NCBI GenBank assembly: GCA_037446215.1
Contig: JBBIJB010000008.1
Location: forward strand, 32,626 to 70,340
Direction: 5' to 3'
Length of the DNA: 37,715 bases
From: Armatimonadota bacterium
GTDB lineage: Bacteria; Sysuimicrobiota; Sysuimicrobiia; Sysuimicrobiales; Humicultoraceae
The position numbers and the translations under genes are program-made. Of the stretch, positions 34,845 to 37,715 are shown in pieces (positions within the stretch are counted from its first letter, which is position 1; each line of letters begins with the position of its first letter). The notes under the pieces are model-generated. The model was not told the DNA's origin. It did no database searches and was given only the letters and a program-made list of their open reading frames with translations.

Positions 34845-36446
34845 CTATCGGGCTATCGTGTAGTCGTAGAAGGCGTTGTCGAACCCCAGCAGGCCAACGT
34901 AGCGGTACCCCTTGACGTACTCGCGGAAGGCGATCCTGTGCAGCGGGTTCGCAATGTAGAGGCTTGGGGCGTCTCTGACTATCACGCCCTGGGCCTCCAT
35001 GTAGAGCCGCATCTGCTCCTTGGTGTCCACGGACCGCCTGGCCTGCTCGAGGAGCTTGGTCGCCGCGGGGTTCTCGTAGAAGCTCATGCACCGAAACGTG
35101 CCCCAGCAGCTTGGGTGGTACATCCCGTAGGTGTGGCTGTCCACGTGCGGATACTTGAGCGTGTCGAAGATCGCCGTTAAGTGGGGGGTGGTCTCGACCT
35201 TGGTGGCGCGCTCCACCACCCTCGACCAGGGCTCGGCGATCAGCTCCAGCTTGATCCCGATCTCCTCCAGGTTGTTCTTGAGCAGCAGCCCTATCAACCG
35301 CTCCATCGGGATCGCGGGGATCCACAGGTACTCCAGCGTGACGCCCTCGGTCCTCACGCCCGACTCGGCCAGGAGCTGCTTCGCGCGGGCGACGTTGCGG
35401 CCGTAGACCGGCACCTGGGGGTTCCAGCCGGGCACCCGCACCGGCACCGGGCCCTTCGCCTTTGTCGCGCCGATGAAGATCTGCTGGATCGCGATGTCGT
35501 AGTTGAAGACGTGAGAGATCGCCTGTCGGACCTTCACGTTGTCCAGCGGGGCCTTCTTCGTGTTCATCGGGAGATGGAACAGCTGGACGCTCGGGTCCTC
35601 CTTGACGACTATCCCGGGCACCTTGAGCTCCTGGAAGCTGGCCGGGGAGAGCCACTGGTTGACCATGTCGGCCTGCCCCGACATCAGGAGGGTCTTGACC
35701 GTCGCTTCCTCCATGACGGTCTTGTAGAAGACCTTGGTTATCTGGCCGGGCTTCCATCCCCGCCAGTAGTCGTCGAATCGGGCCATCACCATCTCGGTGG
35801 CGCGCTCCCAGCGCTCCATCCGGTAGGGGCCGGAGCCGGCGTCGGTCCGCTCGAGCATCCCGGCGCCGTAGTCTCCGAACTCGCCGTGGGGGCCGGGGCG
35901 GAGGTTGGCCATGATCAGGTCCCTGTCCATGACGAAGAGGAGGAGCAGCGTCCCGAGGAACGGCGCGTAGGCCTCCTTGAGCTCGAACCGCACGGTGTGC
36001 CTGTCCACCGCCTTGGTCCGCCCCACCTCCAGAACCGGCGTCCAGGTCCAGGAGAAACCGCGCTTGAGCCGCAGCGCGCGGTCCATGGAGAAGACCACGT
36101 CCTCGGCGGTCATCTCGCGCCCGCTGTGGAACTTCACTCCCCTGCGGAGCTTGAAGGTGTAGGTCTTGCCGTCGGGCGAGATGGTCCACGACTCGGCCAG
36201 GTGGGCACGGGGCTCCATCGTTCCCTTCTCCACGTTCGGGTAGAGAAGGGGATCGTACAGGTTGATCGCCGAGTGGAGGCTGCTCTCATCCACCGCGGCC
36301 TGCGGGTCGATGGCAGTAACGATCTGCTGCTCTATGTATGTGAACGGAACCTCCCGGGCCTGGGAGGAGACCGAGGCGGGAACCGCGCAGAGCGCAACCA
36401 CCGCGGCCGCTGCCAGGACGATCTTGGGCACACTTCGCCTTGCCAT
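34845..36446 (-). CDS. ABC transporter substrate-binding protein, family 5 (peptide/nickel)
   Basis: Signal peptide without clear lipobox, LAESWTISPDGKTYTFKLRRGVKFHSG, GSGPY, KVRQAI; start at ATG 36446 (GTG 36458 possible). Confidence 0.92.
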   Translation of the reverse strand: MARRSVPKIVLAAAAVVALCAVPASVSSQAREVPFTYIEQQIVTAIDPQAAVDESSLHSAINLYDPLLYPNVEKGTMEPRAHLAESWTISPDGKTYTFKLRRGVKFHSGREMTAEDVVFSMDRALRLKRGFSWTWTPVLEVGRTKAVDRHTVRFELKEAYAPFLGTLLLLFVMDRDLIMANLRPGPHGEFGDYGAGMLERTDAGSGPYRMERWERATEMVMARFDDYWRGWKPGQITKVFYKTVMEEATVKTLLMSGQADMVNQWLSPASFQELKVPGIVVKEDPSVQLFHLPMNTKKAPLDNVKVRQAISHVFNYDIAIQQIFIGATKAKGPVPVRVPGWNPQVPVYGRNVARAKQLLAESGVRTEGVTLEYLWIPAIPMERLIGLLLKNNLEEIGIKLELIAEPWSRVVERATKVETTPHLTAIFDTLKYPHVDSHTYGMYHPSCWGTFRCMSFYENPAATKLLEQARRSVDTKEQMRLYMEAQGVIVRDAPSLYIANPLHRIAFREYVKGYRYVGLLGFDNAFYDYTIAR

Positions 36447-36509
36447 CGTACCTATCACCTCATCCTCACCTCGCTTCCCTGCGACTTCGTTGCAGTTCGG
36501 ACGGACTGC

Positions 36510-37337
36510 TCACGTTCCCTGGGAGGCGGCCTCCTGCAGCAGGGCAGGGTTACCCATCATCCTTTTTGAGATCTCGCCGGCGGCCCTGCGCACCTCTCCT
36601 ATCAGGTAGGGCAGACGGTCGTCGCCGAACCTGAAGGCAGGTCCGCCTATGCTCAGCGCGGCAACCACCTCCTGCCTGCAGTCCACGATCGGCGCGCTGA
36701 TTGCCGCGACCCCCGGGTCGAACTCACCGACCGTGAACGCCACGCCCTGCCGCCTGATCTGTGCGAGGCTTCTCTGCAGCAGATCCGGGTCGGTGATGGT
36801 GTTCTCCGTATACCGCATAAGCCCCCGATCGACTATCCTCCGAATCCTCTCCTCGGGCAGGTACGCCATGTGTAGCTTGCCGGCCGCGCCCGCGTGCCAC
36901 GGCGTGGTCCTCCCCACGTGGAACCCCACCCTGAGGCGCTGGGGGCTGTCCACCGTGTCCAGACAGATGACGCCGTTTCGGTTCGGGGCCGTGAGGACGA
37001 CCGACTCCCCGGTGCGCTCCGCCAGCGCAAGCATGGTGGGGCGGGCGACCTGGCGGACCTCGAACTGCCGGAAGACCGCTCCGGCAAGCTCCAGTGCCTT
37101 CGTTCCGAGGACGTAGCGATGGTCATCCGACTGCACGGTGTACCCGTGCCTCTCCAGCGTACGCATCAGCCGGTAGACGGTTGCCTTGCTCATGCCGGTG
37201 GCTCTGGAGAGCTCGCTGATCCCCCAGGAGGAGATGCCGCTGGCAAAGAGATCGAGCAGCGCGAGCGCCCTGTCCACCGATTGGACCAGTGCGGTCCTCG
37301 CTGCCCTGCCGGTAGGCTCCTGCGCGTCGTTTCTCAT
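36510..37337 (-). CDS. IclR-family transcriptional regulator
   Basis: VQSVDRALALL, HTH ISELSRATGMSKATVYRLM, GESV, AAGK, AAISAPI, ALSIGGP; start at ATG 37337. Confidence 0.92.
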   Translation of the reverse strand: MRNDAQEPTGRAARTALVQSVDRALALLDLFASGISSWGISELSRATGMSKATVYRLMRTLERHGYTVQSDDHRYVLGTKALELAGAVFRQFEVRQVARPTMLALAERTGESVVLTAPNRNGVICLDTVDSPQRLRVGFHVGRTTPWHAGAAGKLHMAYLPEERIRRIVDRGLMRYTENTITDPDLLQRSLAQIRRQGVAFTVGEFDPGVAAISAPIVDCRQEVVAALSIGGPAFRFGDDRLPYLIGEVRRAAGEISKRMMGNPALLQEAASQGT

Positions 37338-37353
37338 AGCGGAACGCCGTTTC
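37329..37353. promoter_or_regulatory. Candidate IclR operator: overlapping imperfect inverted repeats across the iclR start codon
   Basis: GTTTCTC-ATA-GCGGAAC (37329-37345) and GGAAC-GCC-GTTTC (37341-37353). Confidence 0.5.
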
Positions 37354-37371
37354 TGAACGATTTGACCCGAC

Positions 37372-37400
37372 AGGTTCGACACTTCGGCCCAGAACCCTTC
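37372..37400 (-). promoter_or_regulatory. Candidate SigH-like promoter for the iclR operon
   Basis: Minus strand GAAGGGTTC-N11-GTCGAACCT. Confidence 0.4.
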
Positions 37401-37512
37401 CCCGTCTCGACCAGAAGATGGCGGAACAGGACGGCGGAGGCGGGCGCAGAATTGGGGAGCGGATCGGACCGCACAACGGAGACGGCACAGCCGCAGGAAG
37501 GAGCAACGCGAA

Positions 37513-37715
37513 GTGACCGTCGCAGCGCCTCCAACGACTTCGCCCAAGGGGCTGAGCCTCTTCGAGAGATACCTGACGCTATGGGTCGTGCTTTGCATCG
37601 GGGGAGGGATCCTGCTGGGCAAGATCGCTCCCGGCGCAACCCGCGCGCTCGACCGGATGGCCGTCTACGTGGGCGGCGCGCCGGTGGTATCGATACCCAT
37701 AGCCGTCGCGCTCTT
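37513..37715 (+). CDS. acr3: ACR3-family arsenite efflux transporter, 5' part (truncated by window)
   Basis: GTG after AAGGAG; translates [37 protein letters not shown]...VSIPIAVAL, matching the Acr3 N-terminal [11 protein letters not shown] signature; absent from the ORF track. Confidence 0.88.
   Translation, partial: MTVAAPPTTSPKGLSLFERYLTLWVVLCIGGGILLGKIAPGATRALDRMAVYVGGAPVVSIPIAVAL

Noticed and set aside
1..37715. CRISPR arrays, tRNA/rRNA, known riboswitches, IS or prophage elements
   Set aside because: Intergenic gaps are all under about 180 bp, with no spaced direct repeats, cloverleafs or recognisable riboswitch cores, and no transposase, integrase or phage genes seen by eye. An Rfam scan was not possible.

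Overview
A very GC-rich, densely coding bacterial chromosomal segment with many overlapping stop/start codons. I saw no rRNA, tRNA, CRISPR array, IS, integrase or phage genes. Left to right: (1) a minus-strand run of sppA, an MBL hydrolase, glycerate 2-kinase, glgA, a galT-like gene, an alanine-glyoxylate/serine-pyruvate aminotransferase and lutABC, ending in an orphan C-terminal fragment of a class-V PLP enzyme; (2) a divergent flavoprotein trio (alkyl-DHAP-synthase-like, GlpD-like, long-chain-alcohol-oxidase-like GMC) with glpK nearby; (3) mixed genes: zincin, FmdB zinc ribbon, secreted MBL, stand-alone PAS, DUF2130, ggt, acs and hemolysin III; (4) a 12-kb IclR-headed minus-strand catabolic operon with a peptide-type ABC importer (frameshifted DppC), two M29-fold metalloenzymes, a hydantoin/Asp-Glu racemase, DUF917, DUF1177 and AroM; (5) the 5' end of acr3. 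The best candidates for undescribed biology are the possible ether-lipid (alkylglycerol) catabolic module and the DUF917/DUF1177/AroM operon, whose one M29 paralogue has a NicX-like metal site. Several small deletions and gene remnants may be real decay or assembly artefacts. All functional calls come from motif recognition by eye, not database searches.
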